DNA of 64,000 nucleotides from the human T2T-CHM13v2.0 reference genome, Homo sapiens (GCF_009914755.1 NC_060936.1); one strand, 5' to 3'. Counted from the stretch's first letter, positions 1 to 14,519 are shown. Translations and numbers: made by a program. Notes: generated by a model from the sequence alone, not told the origin.

Positions 1-63
1 TCATTTTTTTCCACAGTCAGAAACGTGACTGAAACATTTCTTCCTCTTAAGAGGCATTAAGAG

Positions 64-388
<325 letters not shown>

Positions 389-2604
389 TTAAGAAACAGG
401 AAGAAAAAAAGATCTTATGTCCATGCTCCTGGAAGTCACCAATAAATAATACGGGCCAGGGCTTTTTCTTTTCAGCAGTGGGCTGATTAAATCCTTATAC
501 TTGTTCTGGGTTATATGTCTGAAATTTGTGTTCCTTTTGTTCTGAGGAGTACAAAATAATCAATTCCTCTAATGGAGATTGCCAGCTTGATTAATAGATA
601 ATCCTAATGTGTTCTTTGTAAAATACATTATAAATGATCTTTAAAGTTGAAGGAAAGAAGATTGGGCCATGTAGAAATTTGGTTCTCAACAGAACCTCTT
701 CTTGATTGAAGAAATATAAGCAAAGAGTTTTGTATATTTCGGTAAGGGTAGGTAGTCTATGCATTTTCTGTTCTGAGTATTACAAAAGGAAAAGGGAATA
801 AAAGCTTCTGCATATAGCAGAGATAAACTCCAAAAGCAGGAGACCAGTGAAGCCCTGGATCACTGCACTCCTCCAGCCTTCAAGGAGCATGAAGAGGGTC
901 CACATAACAACAGAAGATGCTTCAGAACAAATTATGAGTCCATAAGAGATAAATTAGTGTCTTTATTCGTTGCAAAGGAATGGTTATTATAAAAAAATCC
1001 CTGATGCTGTCTCTCAGACTGAACTTACGTATAGGCAGGAGAACACATGTAATTTATTGACTGATAAAACTGTAGGTAAGAATACATATGACTTCTATAA
1101 CTTGTATGAAAAATGAAACTACACTTAAATGTAGGAGCAGTTTATATTGTTTGATATTTAACTGGTTGAGTGGTTAACATATAATATTTAAAAAAATCTT
1201 CTTTTAGTAGGCAGTTTAATGCTTATGGTCTAATTTTTATTTGAAGACATTTTGCTACAGCAGAAACATAGTTGTGATTCATATACCTGCTCTTGATATT
1301 AGCCTGGCCGTTTGTCCTGTGACGCTTAAGCTAGTTACCACCATTTATTTGGTAACTGTTTCCAGAATTGAAGACATGATGCCTGGAAGGAGATAAACTT
1401 CAGGAGTTCACCTTTAAGCCTAAAAAGTACCAGCAAAATGCAATGACAGGATAAAAAGTTTGTCATAAATATTTTCACAAGATGGAAGACAAGAAAGCAA
1501 AGAGCAGCATAGAAAGAATGAAGGAATAAATAAAAATAAGTGAAAATGCTGCATTTTCTCTCATGGGATAGATTTTTCAACAACTCCTGAACTATGACCT
1601 CTCAAGTTCTTTTGCAGTTCTGTTCTAAGAAGTAATGAAATACATTTAATATTCCTGTCTTTTCACAACATTAATTCATTCCTACTTTAGCCTTAAGAAT
1701 TTTAGTAGAATCTATTGTTTATTCATGCGTATAAATATTGTGGAAAAATATCTTTAGATGAGTTAGTATATATGAGACACTTAGGCCAGGATTTGGCACA
1801 TGTCTGTACTTCATAAGTGTTTGTTATTGTTATTTTTTAACAAGAGTAAAAAAAGATCTTATGACGCATCTAATATCATTTAAGCTGTTTATGGTTAGTC
1901 CTTGGAATGCCTTCTGGTCAAAAGTTTCTGCAGCCCAGCACGACATTAATTTGAGTGCATTGAGCCGGTTTCCCAGAGGGCTGGATGACATTTTTGACTT
2001 TTTAGGATTTTTGAGACTTTTTCTAAGACTAAGGTCAAAATCTCCCTTTCCTTGTCTCTTGAGTTTTAGGGGGCAACCAGAGATGTTTTGAAGGAAACCA
2101 ACCATTAGATGTCACTTTCTTCTCACTGCTTTTGGTTTTAGGACCTATGACCTGGGTTTAAGCCTTTTGATTTTCTTCTTTTTTTTGAATGTCTATAAAT
2201 AGTCTCTATGTCAAAGCTAAACGGGAAATTTAATTTTAGATTAGTAGATAAGAGACAATACTCAACTCCTTGGAATGATGAAATTTTGGACCTGTTTTAA
2301 ATTGGCCTGACTCAATGTCCCTAGTTGACTAAATTTGGAAATGTAGTATTTGTGCTTTTCTTTCTCACTGAAGTTAGTGTGGCACTGTTTCTACACCAGA
2401 CACTTAGGCCTGAGTGTATGAGTGTATCCTTATTCAGGTCAAAGCTAATGAGTTTTTTTTTTTTTCCTTAGCAATCACTGAATGAAAAACATATTCTTCA
2501 GATATCTGTTTAGAATTGCTTTTCCAGAAAACCTTTGTGATCTTTCTCCCCCAACAGAAGGGCTCAGAAACACATAACAGTTTGAAAAAGAGAAAAAATA
2601 CTGC

Positions 2605-2976
2605 TGCTATGGTCTGAACATTTATGTCTGCTCCAAAATTCATGTTGAGACTTAATCCCCATTGTGGTGGTAGTAGGAGGGGTGCCTTTAGCAGGTGGTT
2701 AGGCCATGGGGGCTCTGCCCTTGTGAATGGATTAGTGTCTTATAAAAGGACTAGAGGGAACTGGCTTAAGGTCTCCTTACTCCTCCTCCTTCTGCCATGT
2801 GAGGATGCCACTGCAAGAACATGCCACTGATGGAGCAGTCCTCACCAGACGCCAAACCTACCAGTGCCTTGACCTTGGACTTCTCAGCCTCTAGAGCTGA
2901 GAGAAATACATTTATATTCTTTATCAATTGCCCAGTGTCAGGAACTTTATTATAGCAGCACAAATGGATGAAGATA
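2605..2976 (+). mobile_element. MaLR solo LTR (MLT1A/MST-type)
   Basis: TGCTATGG start, typical MaLR body, AAGATA end; 5-bp TSD ACTGC at 2600-2604 and 2977-2981. Confidence 0.9.
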
Positions 2977-3025
2977 ACTGCCAATCATGATTTTAGGAAA
3001 GAACCTGACTCAAGAACATCTTCTT

Positions 3026-3322
<297 letters not shown>

Positions 3323-3682
3323 AAGAATATCTTCTTTCCAGTCTTATACCTTCTGCTTCCCCTCATCATTTCTATCCTGTAGAAGCCTGACACTGAGCAG
3401 TGGCCAGAAGGAGGTTTTGAGCTCTTTGAGACTTGTTTCCTTGGTGGCCATAGGCTTTGCTCTATTGAAGACCTTTAACTAGTAAAGGTTATTCGTATCT
3501 TTGGGTCTGAGAATGTGTCCAAAACCTATGAAGCACTCATCCTATATGACAGGATTAAAATGCCCACGGATGTCCAAAACCAAAAAACAAACAAGTAGCT
3601 TTTTACATTTTATTTAACCGACATTTCATCTTGCTTTTGCTCCTACTGATATGAAATGAACACCCCACAACCCTTAAAATGC

Positions 3683-4086
3683 TGTATTAGTTTGCTATGG
3701 CTGCCGTAATGAAATGCCAGGGACTGGATGGCTGAAACAACAGAAATTAATTTTTTTATGGTTTTAGAGGCTGGAAGTCCAAGATTCGGGTGTTGGCAGT
3801 GCTCGTTTCTCATGAAGCCTCTCTCCTCGGCTTGCAAATGGCTGCCTTCTCTCTGTGTTCTCACATGGTCTTTCCTCTGTGTGTGGGCATCTAGTGTTTC
3901 CTTGTATGTCCAAATTTCCTTTGCTTATAATACCAGTCAGATTGGATTACTGTCTACCCTTAGGGCCTCGTTTTAACTTCATCACCTCTTTAAAGGCCCT
4001 ATCTCTAAATACAGTTAAGTTCTGGGGTATGGAGGGTTAGGGCTTCAACACACAAATTTGTGTGTGTGAGGGCACAATTCAGCATA
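3683..4086 (-). mobile_element. MaLR solo LTR (MLT1B-like)
   Basis: Antisense MLT1 pattern: TGTATTAGTTTGCTATGGCTGCCGTAA...GGAAGTCCAAGAT...GGCACAATTCA. Confidence 0.85.
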
Positions 4087-5197
4087 TGCCCCTGGTCAAT
4101 AAAAAGCAACCCAGTTTCTTCTGTTTCAAATCAATTGCTTTCTGCTAAATACTCATTAAAAGTTTAAGCTTTTCTTATCTCTCAAGGGGTCTCTCCTCAT
4201 TCCTCCTTCCCAAGTTGGTGCCTGGGTTCATGCAGAAGCTTAGTATCTTGAAGAGAGTGGAAGAGGCCTTTACCCTCTGGGACTTTGCTGGACTCTACCA
4301 GCTGGACCCTTATCCCACTGTGGTGACCAGGCCTTCTGTGCTGGTGTTCCTCATAGTGGGCTGGTTGGATCCTATTCTTGGTCATTCTCTTGACTGTCAC
4401 TGCTAGTGGCTGTGAGATATGCCATTGCCTCGGGAGGTAAGGTCTCTGTAGACTCTCATTTTTTTTCTCCAGATCACAGGTATCTTCCAATCATTGCGAA
4501 AGACTGTAAATTGAAAGAAAAGATTACTGCGAGTCTTTAATGAAAAACAAAGCATAGTCTAGTGTATCCTTCTAGTTATCTGGTTCCTTTCATTGTGTTT
4601 GAGCTATTTTACAGTTCTGTAAATTGTAGGAAACTAAAAGTGATGTATATGATTCTTGTCTGCAGCAATGCAAATGACTTGTATCTAGTGGAATGCAATA
4701 ATTTATTGCCCTGCAGACAGCTCCATTTTGCATCTATTTGTAAATTTGTTGCAGCATTTATATATATATTCTTTGAATTCTCTTTAGAGCCAGATGTAAC
4801 ATCTTACCAATTCCCTCATTAATTAATGAGTTAAAAACAGTCTTTGAATTGTGTTCAGTTTGTATTTGTATGGGAGTCATTATACTTCCCTGAAAAAATG
4901 AAATTATCTTTTAAAAAGTCTATTGTTCTTAGAATTTCCATGTTACCCATGTGAGCATATGCAAATTTCAGGATCTACTGCATGCTATTCTCAAGTAATG
5001 GACTACTAGAAATGCTAGCTCTAGCTCATCTAGCTAGCCAGGCATGGAGATTTGGGGAATTTTTTTTTTTGGCAGGAGTGTGGTAGTGGTGGTGGTGGCG
5101 TTTCTGTCAGGTTGTGGCCCAGGAAGGTGGTATGTAGGCCCTGATTTCTTTCTTGGAATCTCAGGCATTATATTACGCTAGCTTTACCTTTTCAATT

Positions 5198-5542
<345 letters not shown>

Positions 5543-5741
5543 TGAGCTTTTACTTCCTTTCCTATGTACAGGAAGCTGCTTTGATGTCATAACCTGCATT
5601 CTTTCTATTTTAGTCTCATAAATTCTATATTCTGAACTTAATAAAAGATTTTAGGATTAAAACAATTTATTTCTCTGAAAGTAAAACCTGTTGATTCACT
5701 TGTATTAAAATATAACCTAAAACTTAAAATTGACTACTTTT

Positions 5742-6041
<300 letters not shown>

Positions 6042-7024
6042 AAAACTGACTTCTTTTAAGTAATTAATACCATTGATTCAATGTAAGGGAGACCCCTGGG
6101 AAAACTGGGAACTAGAAATTAGTGTAAGAAAATATATTGACTTTATATTTAAAAATATTATCTACTTTTTATGATTGTGATTTTTCATCTGCGCTGAGTA
6201 TTTGTTGATATATAACGCAGTGTATTCTTTGCTGTGAAAGAAAATGCTCCTATAGCAACATGCTAAGTTAATGATGTATCTCATGTGCACTTCATATTTC
6301 TGGGGAAAATTCTCTGTTAACACTTTAAATGTACTTTTATTCACAGCAAAGGTCAGTCCAGTGCCCTCACTCCCTATTAGTTTCCCTACTACTTAAAAAA
6401 AAAAAAAAAGTAAGCTTCCAGCTTTTTCTCTAATCACATTTACCCTGAGTCATCTGTTATATATCCCTTTATTTTGTAAGTTGAGCCCCTTTTTAATTTA
6501 AAATATGGTTTGATTTCTCATATAGAAGCAATGTTTGCATTTTATTGGAACACTCCTTGAAACAGTCTAAAGAATGGCTCTTTCTTGTTTTTATATAGAG
6601 CATCTGGTGAACTTTACATCATACATCCCAGCTTTGGCTGAGTTTAATATTTTGTCTTTTAATTTATCCAAAACTTACATTTTCTGGCTTCGAATCATCC
6701 CTTTCTTAAATTTATTTACTTAATATTTTCTTACATCAACAGCCAACATTTTTAGGGGGGTGGGTTGGAAGGGTATTTTCCAGAGAGAATCAAAGAAAGT
6801 TTTATTACTTAATAACCCATTGGTCAGGCTGTCGGAAGCCATGTTGAAACTAGAGTTTGGGCCATTGTCCAGGGCCACTCACACTAAAACCATACTCACA
6901 TTCTGCTCAATTTGATTCCTTCCTTTGCAAAACTAGATATTGAGATGGTATGAAACTTTAGTGTTTCTCACGTATTGCTAAACCCATGCGTGCTAAATAT
7001 ATGACTATCAAAACTAAAAGTAAT

Positions 7025-7450
7025 TGTCTTGGACTGTTCCTGCCACTGTAACAGAACGCCAAAGACTGGGTAATTTATAACAAAGGGAAATTTATTTCTC
7101 ACAGTTCTGGAGGCTGGGAAGACCAACAGCATGGTACTGGCGTCTGTTGAGGGCCTTCTTGCTGCATGATAACATGGTGCAAAGGCAAGTGATCATGTGC
7201 GACAGCAGGATGGAGAGAGGAAATTTGGCCAAACTCACTTTTAGGACAAACCCAGTCTCTATAAAACTAACCCACTCCTGTGATAATGGTATTAATCCAT
7301 TCATGAGGGCAGAACCCTCATGAACACAGAAGGCAGCCATCTGATGAGCCCTCATGACTTAATCACCTCTTAAAATCCCACCTCTTAATACTGTTACAAA
7401 GGCAATTAAATCTCAACATGTGTTTAGGAGGAGACATTCAAGCCATAGCA
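7025..7450 (-). mobile_element. MaLR solo LTR (MSTD-like)
   Basis: TGTCTT...CCATAGCA antisense termini; 5-bp TSD GTAAT at 7020-7024 and 7451-7455. Confidence 0.9.
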
Positions 7451-7454
7451 GTAA

Positions 7455-7832
<378 letters not shown>

Positions 7833-7837
7833 TAATC

Positions 7838-8011
7838 ATTATAATAACACCTAACAGCTATTAAGTGTACCCTATGTATTGAGTACTGAACTCAACATTT
7901 TCTCTATATTAATTATATTCATAACAGTTTGAGGCAGGTGATATTATTACTTTCATTGTAAACATGTGGAGACTGAATCACAGGAAGGTTAGGAAACTCC
8001 CCCAATATCAC
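7838..8011 (-). mobile_element. MIR fragment
   Basis: Decayed MIR core (CATTGTAAACATGTGGAGACTGAATCACAGGAAGGTTAGG). Confidence 0.6.
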
Positions 8012-8885
8012 AATTTAAAAATGTATCTGGGATTTGTTTTAATCGTGTATGGTAAGACATGCAGACATGGAAATGACTATTATGGAGGAAGACATTTTTA
8101 CTCACAGTTCCCTAGACACAGGAGGCACAGCATGCCACACAGGGCCACATGAGGGAAGCACCAGGGTCACCCAGGAGGCAGAAGGAACAGGAGGAAAGCA
8201 TGAGCAAGAGCCTTTATTGTGGGTGCACAGGAAGGAACAAGTGAGGCAGGGTACCTAAGCTTAGGATTGGCTAGTTTGAATAATGTCAATGGGCTCCAGT
8301 GTGTAGGGACCGCCCCTAGTTTTCTGGTAAGTGGCCCAGGTATGCTTAGGGCAGAAGAATAATGCCTTCTGGAGTGGAAAAGCCAGAGAGAGGAGGCGGT
8401 TTGAAGTAAGGACTCTGGATTAGTTGGGTTGCATATGAAAGGCACACTTGCAGGGGAGCGGGCTGCTGTCTCTAAGAATTGGCTAGCCCTGGAAGGGGCA
8501 ATCTTGCCCCCGTCAGTGGGGATTCAGATGCCAGAGCATCAAGAATACGAAAAATAGGCCGGGCTGGTGGCTCACGCCTGTAATCCCAGCACTTTGGGAG
8601 GTCGAGGCAGGTGGATCACTTGAGGTCAGGAGTTCAAGATCAGGCTGGTCAACATGGCAAAAACCCTGTCTCTACTAAAAATGCCAAAATTAGCTGAGTG
8701 TGGTGGCATATACCTGTAATCCCAGCTACTCAGGGGGCGGAGGCACGAGAATCCCTTGAACCTGGGAGTGAACCTGGAAGGTGGAGGTTGCAGTGAGCCG
8801 ATACCACACCACTGCACTCCAGCCTGGGCAACAGAGAGAAACTCAATCTAAAAAAAAAAAAAAAAAAAAAAAATTAGTTAATATG
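8012..8885 (-). mobile_element. ERVL LTR, MER74-like, interrupted by an Alu
   Basis: Reverse complement reads TATTCTTGATGCTCTGGCATCTG...GGGCTAGCCAATTCTTAGAGA...CCTTTCATATGCAACCCAACTAATCCAGAG...GATTAAAACAAATCCCAG, matching the MER74 consensus as recalled. Confidence 0.8.
8557..8873 (+). mobile_element. AluS (Sx/Sz) inside the MER74-like LTR
   Basis: Full dimer with A tail; small internal duplication of TGAACCTGG. Confidence 0.92.
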
Positions 8886-8998
8886 GTCACACAGTATAAG
8901 TAGCAGAGTATGGATTTCTTAGCATTTTGATCAAGGAACTTCTGAATCCACTTGGTTGATGCTAATGGATTCTAGGCAATTCTAAGACATGACAGATG

Positions 8999-9386
8999 AG
9001 CCTGGAGCGGTGGCCAGGCTCATCTTGGGAGGCCAAGGTGGGCGGATTGCTTGAGCCCAAGGAGTTTGAGACCAGGCTCGACATCATGTTGAAAACCTGT
9101 CTCTTTAAATACAAAAATTAGCTGGTTTGGGAGGACGAGGCGGGCGAATTGCCTGAGCTCAGGAGTTCGAGACCAACCTGGGCAACATGGTGAATCCTTG
9201 TCTGTACTAAAATACAAAAAATTGGCCAGGGTGGTGGCCCACTCCTGTATTCCCAGCTTCTCGGAGGCTGAGGCACGGGAATTGCTTGAACCCGGGAGGT
9301 GGAGGTTGCAGTGAGCTGAGATCATGCCACTACATTCCAATGTGGGCAACAGAGTGAGACTCTGTCTCAAAAAAAGAAAAAAAAAA
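8999..9386 (+). mobile_element. Composite Alu: left monomer + 5'-truncated dimer (L-L-R)
   Basis: Two left arms (8999-9125, 9126-~9222) then one right arm; TGACAGATG repeated at 8990-8998 and 9388-9396. Confidence 0.85.
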
Positions 9387-9980
9387 GTGACAGATGGATT
9401 AAAATCCCTTCCATTGTTATTACTGCATTCCTGTATGACTGAATGAAGAGTTTCAAAAAGCCTTATAATGCTGCTCTAAAGCATTATTTGCCATTTGTTG
9501 GGTCCCAGCAGTGTTCCTGTTATGTCTTCACATACTGAGGTAGGGGCAGGGGCTGGTCTGCCCCCTTTGCAGTCAACTTTGCAGACTTTGGTTGACCTGC
9601 ATTGTGATCATTATCAGCCTGGCCATGATGGACGAAAAGCTAATAGAATCAATGATCTTTTCAGTTACGAAAACCACCATAAAAACAATAGTCTTGACTT
9701 GCATTTCAATGCAAAGCTTTAATAGATAAGTTGTAAAAGAGCCTTATATGGATTTATTTAAGTGACTTTTAAGCTAGAATGTTTACATATTTATGCTTTT
9801 CCCAGCTCTTTGCAAGATGCTGTAGAAAAAATTAAAGAAAATATTGCTTTATTTTGTTCCCCAATTTGGGAGCTATGGTGATCAGAAGGACAATAAATGA
9901 ATGTCAAGCTTTGGATAATACAGACTAAAAGTGCAATGTGAATTTAGATAAAGGAATTTAGATTGCTTTGAAATGAGCTT

Positions 9981-10145
9981 AATCAGGTTACTTAATATCT
10001 TTGGGCCTTAGTTGCCTTATTTGTAAAATCAGAATAATTAATTTCCAGTACTGTCATGAGATGTAAGTGAAATAATATATGTAAAATAATTAGCAGAGCA
10101 CTGACTTGTAGTTATAAATAAACAAATATGGGCTGCAATTATTAT
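9981..10145 (+). mobile_element. MIR fragment
   Basis: CAGGTTACTTAATATCTTTGGGCCTTAGTTGCCTTATTTGTAAAAT core. Confidence 0.65.
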
Positions 10146-10233
10146 AAGTATTAAAGAAGCAGGTGCTAACCAGAGCAGTGTAGGGTAAACTCTAGATATC
10201 CATACAAAAGCTTTCCCCCACACCTTGTCTCTT

Positions 10234-10940
10234 TTTTTTAAATTATTATTATACTTTAAGTTCTGGGATACATGTGCAGAGTGTGCAGTTTTGTTACACA
10301 GGTATACATGTGCCATGGTGGTTTGCTGCACCCATCAACCTGTCACCTACATTAGGTATTTCTCCTAATGTTATCCCTCCTCTAGGCCCCCACCCCATGA
10401 CATACCCCAGTGTGTGATGTTCCCCTCCCTGTGTCCATGTGTTCTCATTGTTCAACTCCCACTTATGAGTGAGAACATGGGATGGTTGGTTTTCTCTTCT
10501 TGTGTTAGTTTGCTGAGAATGATGGTTTCCAGCTTCATCCTTGTCCCTGCAAAGGACGTGAACTCATCCTTTTTTATGGCTGCCTAGTATTCCATGGTGT
10601 ATGTGTGCCACATTTTCTTTATCCAGTCTATCATCAATGGACATTTGGGTTGGTTCCAAGTCTTTGCTATTGTGAATAGTGCCACAATAAACATACGTGT
10701 GCATGTGTCTTTATAGTAGCATGATTTATAATCTCTTGGGTATATACCCAGTAATGGGATCGCTGAGTCAAATGGTATTTCTAGTTATAGATTCTTGAGG
10801 AATTGCCACACTGTCTTTCACAATGGTTGAACTAATTTACACTCCCACCAACAGTGTAAAAGTGTTCCTATTTCTCCACATCCTCTCCAGCATCTGTTGT
10901 TTTCTGACTTTTTAATGACCACCGTTCTAACTGTTGTGAG
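10234..10940 (-). mobile_element. L1PA (PA6/7-like) 3' end, 5'-truncated
   Basis: TATACTTTAAGTTCTGGGATACATGTGCAG 3'UTR; TSD ACCTT(G/A)TCTCTT at 10222-10233 and 10941-10952. Confidence 0.92.
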
Positions 10941-11185
10941 ACCTTATCTCTTATTTCATGCTTACCTGTCTTGCAACTTCCACTTCAATTATGCTGGGTG
11001 AACTAGACCGTAATCTACTGCTTCTCTGTGCTGTGTCTCATGTTGCTTCCTCCTGTGGAAGTGCCCCTTCCATGATGTAGCACTCCAAGCACCTCAGTCT
11101 TTCTCGAACCCTCCCACTGATCACCTTCCCTTCTTTGCTATTTCACTGTATTTTTCAAATATTACTAAAGGTGCCTATAGCATGA

Positions 11186-14081
11186 ATCTATAGTTTGAAT
11201 ATTTGTCTCCTCCTAAACTCATGCTGAAGTTTAATCCCCAGTGTGTCAGTACTGAGAGGTGGAGACTTTAAGAGGTGATTGGGTCATGAAGGCTTTGCCC
11301 TCATGAATGGATAAATTCATTAATGGAATAATAGATTAATGGGTTAATGGATTAATATGGTATCATGGGAGCAGGACTGGTGGCTTTGTAAGAAGAGGAA
11401 GAGAGACCTGAGTAACCACGTGAGGATGCTCAGCTCCTTCCGCATATGATGCCCTCCATTGCCTTGGGACTCTGCAGAGAGTCCCCACCAGCAAGAAGAT
11501 CCTCACCAGATGTGGTCCCTTGACCTTGGACTTCTCAGGCTCCATAATCATGAGAAATAAACTCCTTTTCTTTATAAATTATCCAGTTTTAGATACTCTC
11601 TTATATGAAACAGAAATGAACTAGGACAGAAAATTGGAATTGAGAGTAGGGTGGTGCTGATAATGAATACCTGAAAAGGTAAAGGTGGCTTTTGAACTGG
11701 GTAATGGGCAGAGGCTGGAAGAATTTGGAGAAGCAGTCTAGAAAAAAACCTGCATTCTGATAAGGGCTTAGAATTGGCTAGTTTGAATAATTTCAACGGG
11801 CTCCCAGGGTCTCAGTGGACTCCTAGAAGACTAGGGAAAGTTTGGAACTCCTTGGAGACTGGTTCAGTGGTCATGACCTGAATGAAATCTGGATAGTAAA
11901 GGCCATTCTAATGAGGTTTCAGATGGAACTCAGGAGCAAGGTATTGAAAATGGTAGTAGCTGGGTGTGGTGGCTCACGCCTATAATCCCAGCACTTTGGG
12001 AGGCCAAGGCGGGTGGATTTCCTGAGTTCACAGGTTTGAGACCAGTCTGGGCAACATGGAAAATCCTTGTTTCTACAAAAAATACAAAAACTTGTTGGGT
12101 GCGATGGGGCATGCCTGTAGTCCAAGCTATTTGGGAGGCTGAGGTGGGAGGATGGCTTGAGCCTGGGGTTGCAGTGAGTGAGGTTGCAGTCTAAGTGACA
12201 GAGCCAGACGTTGTCTCAAAAAAAAAAAAAAAAAAAAAAAAAGAAAAGAAAGAAAACTGTAATAAAAGCCATCCTTCTTTCCTTGTTATAAACTGGCAAA
12301 TAACTTGGCTGAACTGTGTCCATGGCCAAGGGCTTTGTGGAAGGCTGAACTTGAGATTGATGAATTAGGGTAGCTGGCAGAAGAAATATCCAAGCAGCAA
12401 AGCATTCAGGCTTCTGCCTGGCTGCTTTTAATTGCTTATGCTAAGCTGCAAGAGGGAAAATATGACTTGAAGATGGAATTTATGATCAAAAGAGAAGCAA
12501 AGTAGAAAGATTTGGAAAGCTCAGCCAGACCATGTAAAGGGTGAAAAAGCATGTTCAGGAGAGGAAACCAAGGGTATAGTCCAGCTACCTTTGCCAAAGA
12601 GATTAGCATGGATAGAAGGGAGCCAGGTGCTATTTCTTAAGACAGTGGGAGACAGACCCTGAAGGCATTTCACAGATCTTTGAGTCTGCCCCTCCCATCA
12701 CAGGCCATCACAGGCCCACAGGCCTATAAGGGCACAGTGATTTCAAGGGAGGTACCCAATGCACACTCCACAGGCTTGCTGCCCTGGGCCACCTTGGAAC
12801 TCTGCCCCCCAAATTCTGGTGCAGTGTTTCTTGGCCACTCTAACTGGAGTTCAAATGGCCTGAGGTGTTAAGTAAGCCTTGGCAGTGTCCATGTGGTGCT
12901 AATTCTGCAGGCTTGCAGAAAGCAAGAGCTGTGGAGGCTTGTCAGCCTTCAGCCAGATTTCAAGGAATGTTGCTAAAGCCTGGGAGCCCAGGCAGAGACC
13001 TGTTGCCGGGGCAAAGCCACTGCAGAAAGCCCCCACTAGAGCAATGCCAGAGTGAAAACGTGATGTTGGAGCTGCCACAGAGTCCTCACCTGGGCAATGC
13101 CTAGTAGAGCTGTGGAAGTGAGGCCACTACAGAAAGTCCCCACTGGGGCAATTACCTAGTGGAGCCATGGGAGCCAGACAGCCATCAGGACCCCAGAACT
13201 GTTGAACCACAGGCAGCATGCAATCAGTGTCTGGGAAAATTACAGGTACTGGACTCTAACCCTTATGAGCAGCCATGTGGACTGCTCCAAGTAAAGCCAT
13301 AGGGATGGGACTGCCTTAGGCCCTGGGGGCCTAATCCCCACCTCAGTCTCTCCAGGAAGTAGCACATGATAACAAGAGATTATTTTCCAGCTTTAAGGTC
13401 TGCCCTGCTGGGGTTTGGACTTTCTTGGGGCCCATTACTCCTTTATCCTGGCCTATTTTTTCCTTTTGCCATGGGAATGTTTACTCTATGCCTGTCTCAC
13501 CATTGTATCCTGGCAGTAAATAACTTGTTTTGATTTCAAAGACTCATAGATGAGGCTCTGGAATTTAGACTTTTGAGTTGGTGCTGGAAGTAGTTTAGAC
13601 TTTGGGACTATGAGGATGGAATGAATGTATTTGTATAGGAGGAGGACGTGAGTTTTGGGGGGGCTGGTAAAAGAATGCTATGGTTTGAGTATTTGTCCCC
13701 TCCAAAAGTCATGTTAAAATTTAATCCTCAACGTGGCAGCATTGAGAGGTGGGGACTTTAAGAGATGATTGGGTCATGAAGGCTCTGCCCTCATGTATGG
13801 ATAAATCCACTAGTAGATTAATGGAATAATGAATTCATGGGTTATCATGGGAGTAGGACTTTATAAGAAGAGACAGTGAGACTTGAGCAGGCATCATCAT
13901 GTGATGCCCTTTGCTCCCTCAGGACTCTGCAGAGAGTCCCTACTAACGAGAAAGCCCTCACCAGATGTGGCCCTTCAACCTTGGACTTAGACTCCATAAC
14001 TGTAAGAAATAAATTTCTTTTCTTTGTAAATTACCCAATTTAAGATATCTTGTTATAAGCAACAGAAAACGGACTTAGACA
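11186..14081 (+). mobile_element. Two-LTR MaLR element (MSTC-like): 5'LTR 11186-11628, internal 11629-13675, 3'LTR 13676-14081
   Basis: Two homologous LTRs; internal starts GAAAATTGG; purine tract before TGCTATGG at 13676; no clean TSD. Confidence 0.9.
11958..12251 (+). mobile_element. AluJ/old AluS within the MaLR internal region
   Basis: Dimer with rearranged right arm (GGTTGCAGT twice) and long A tail. Confidence 0.88.
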
Positions 14082-14220
14082 CGTACTCTTTCACATTCTT
14101 ATTTAAGTGTCCGCTTTCTCTTACTGGACTGTAAGTTCTCTGATGGCAAGGACTCTATCCCTCTGTGTCCCCAGTGTGAAACAAACACTTGTGAAGTAGG
14201 TGCAAAAATGCTGTAGAAGC
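14082..14220 (+). mobile_element. L2 3' end (probable host of the MaLR insertion)
   Basis: CTGGACTGTAAGTTCTCTGATGGCAAGGAC...GTGTCCCCAGTG resembles the L2 terminus. Confidence 0.6.
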
Positions 14221-14519
14221 CCAATTTTTAGCAGGAGAAACCTGGATATCTGGATATAATCTGAGAAATAATAGGGCTTCTTAATTAGGGGACTATGTGA
14301 TGATCACAGTGTATGTAAAGTTTTGTTTTTCTGGAGGTGCATGTTATGGGTGAGATGGGAACTGTTAAGTGGGGAGACTAGTTTTATGGTGAGAGCCTGG
14401 ATTTGGCAATGGAAATTGACAAGGGATCAATCTGGGATACTCTGTTGAAGATACTACTACATAGGATCAAATGAGAGGAAAGAGCCAGATGTCCCTCTGT
14501 TATGGAGGCCAATGGCTGG

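Noticed and set aside
11181-14086. TSD for the two-LTR MaLR (CATGA vs CGTAC)
   Set aside because: Only 2 of 5 positions match, so it is not claimed.
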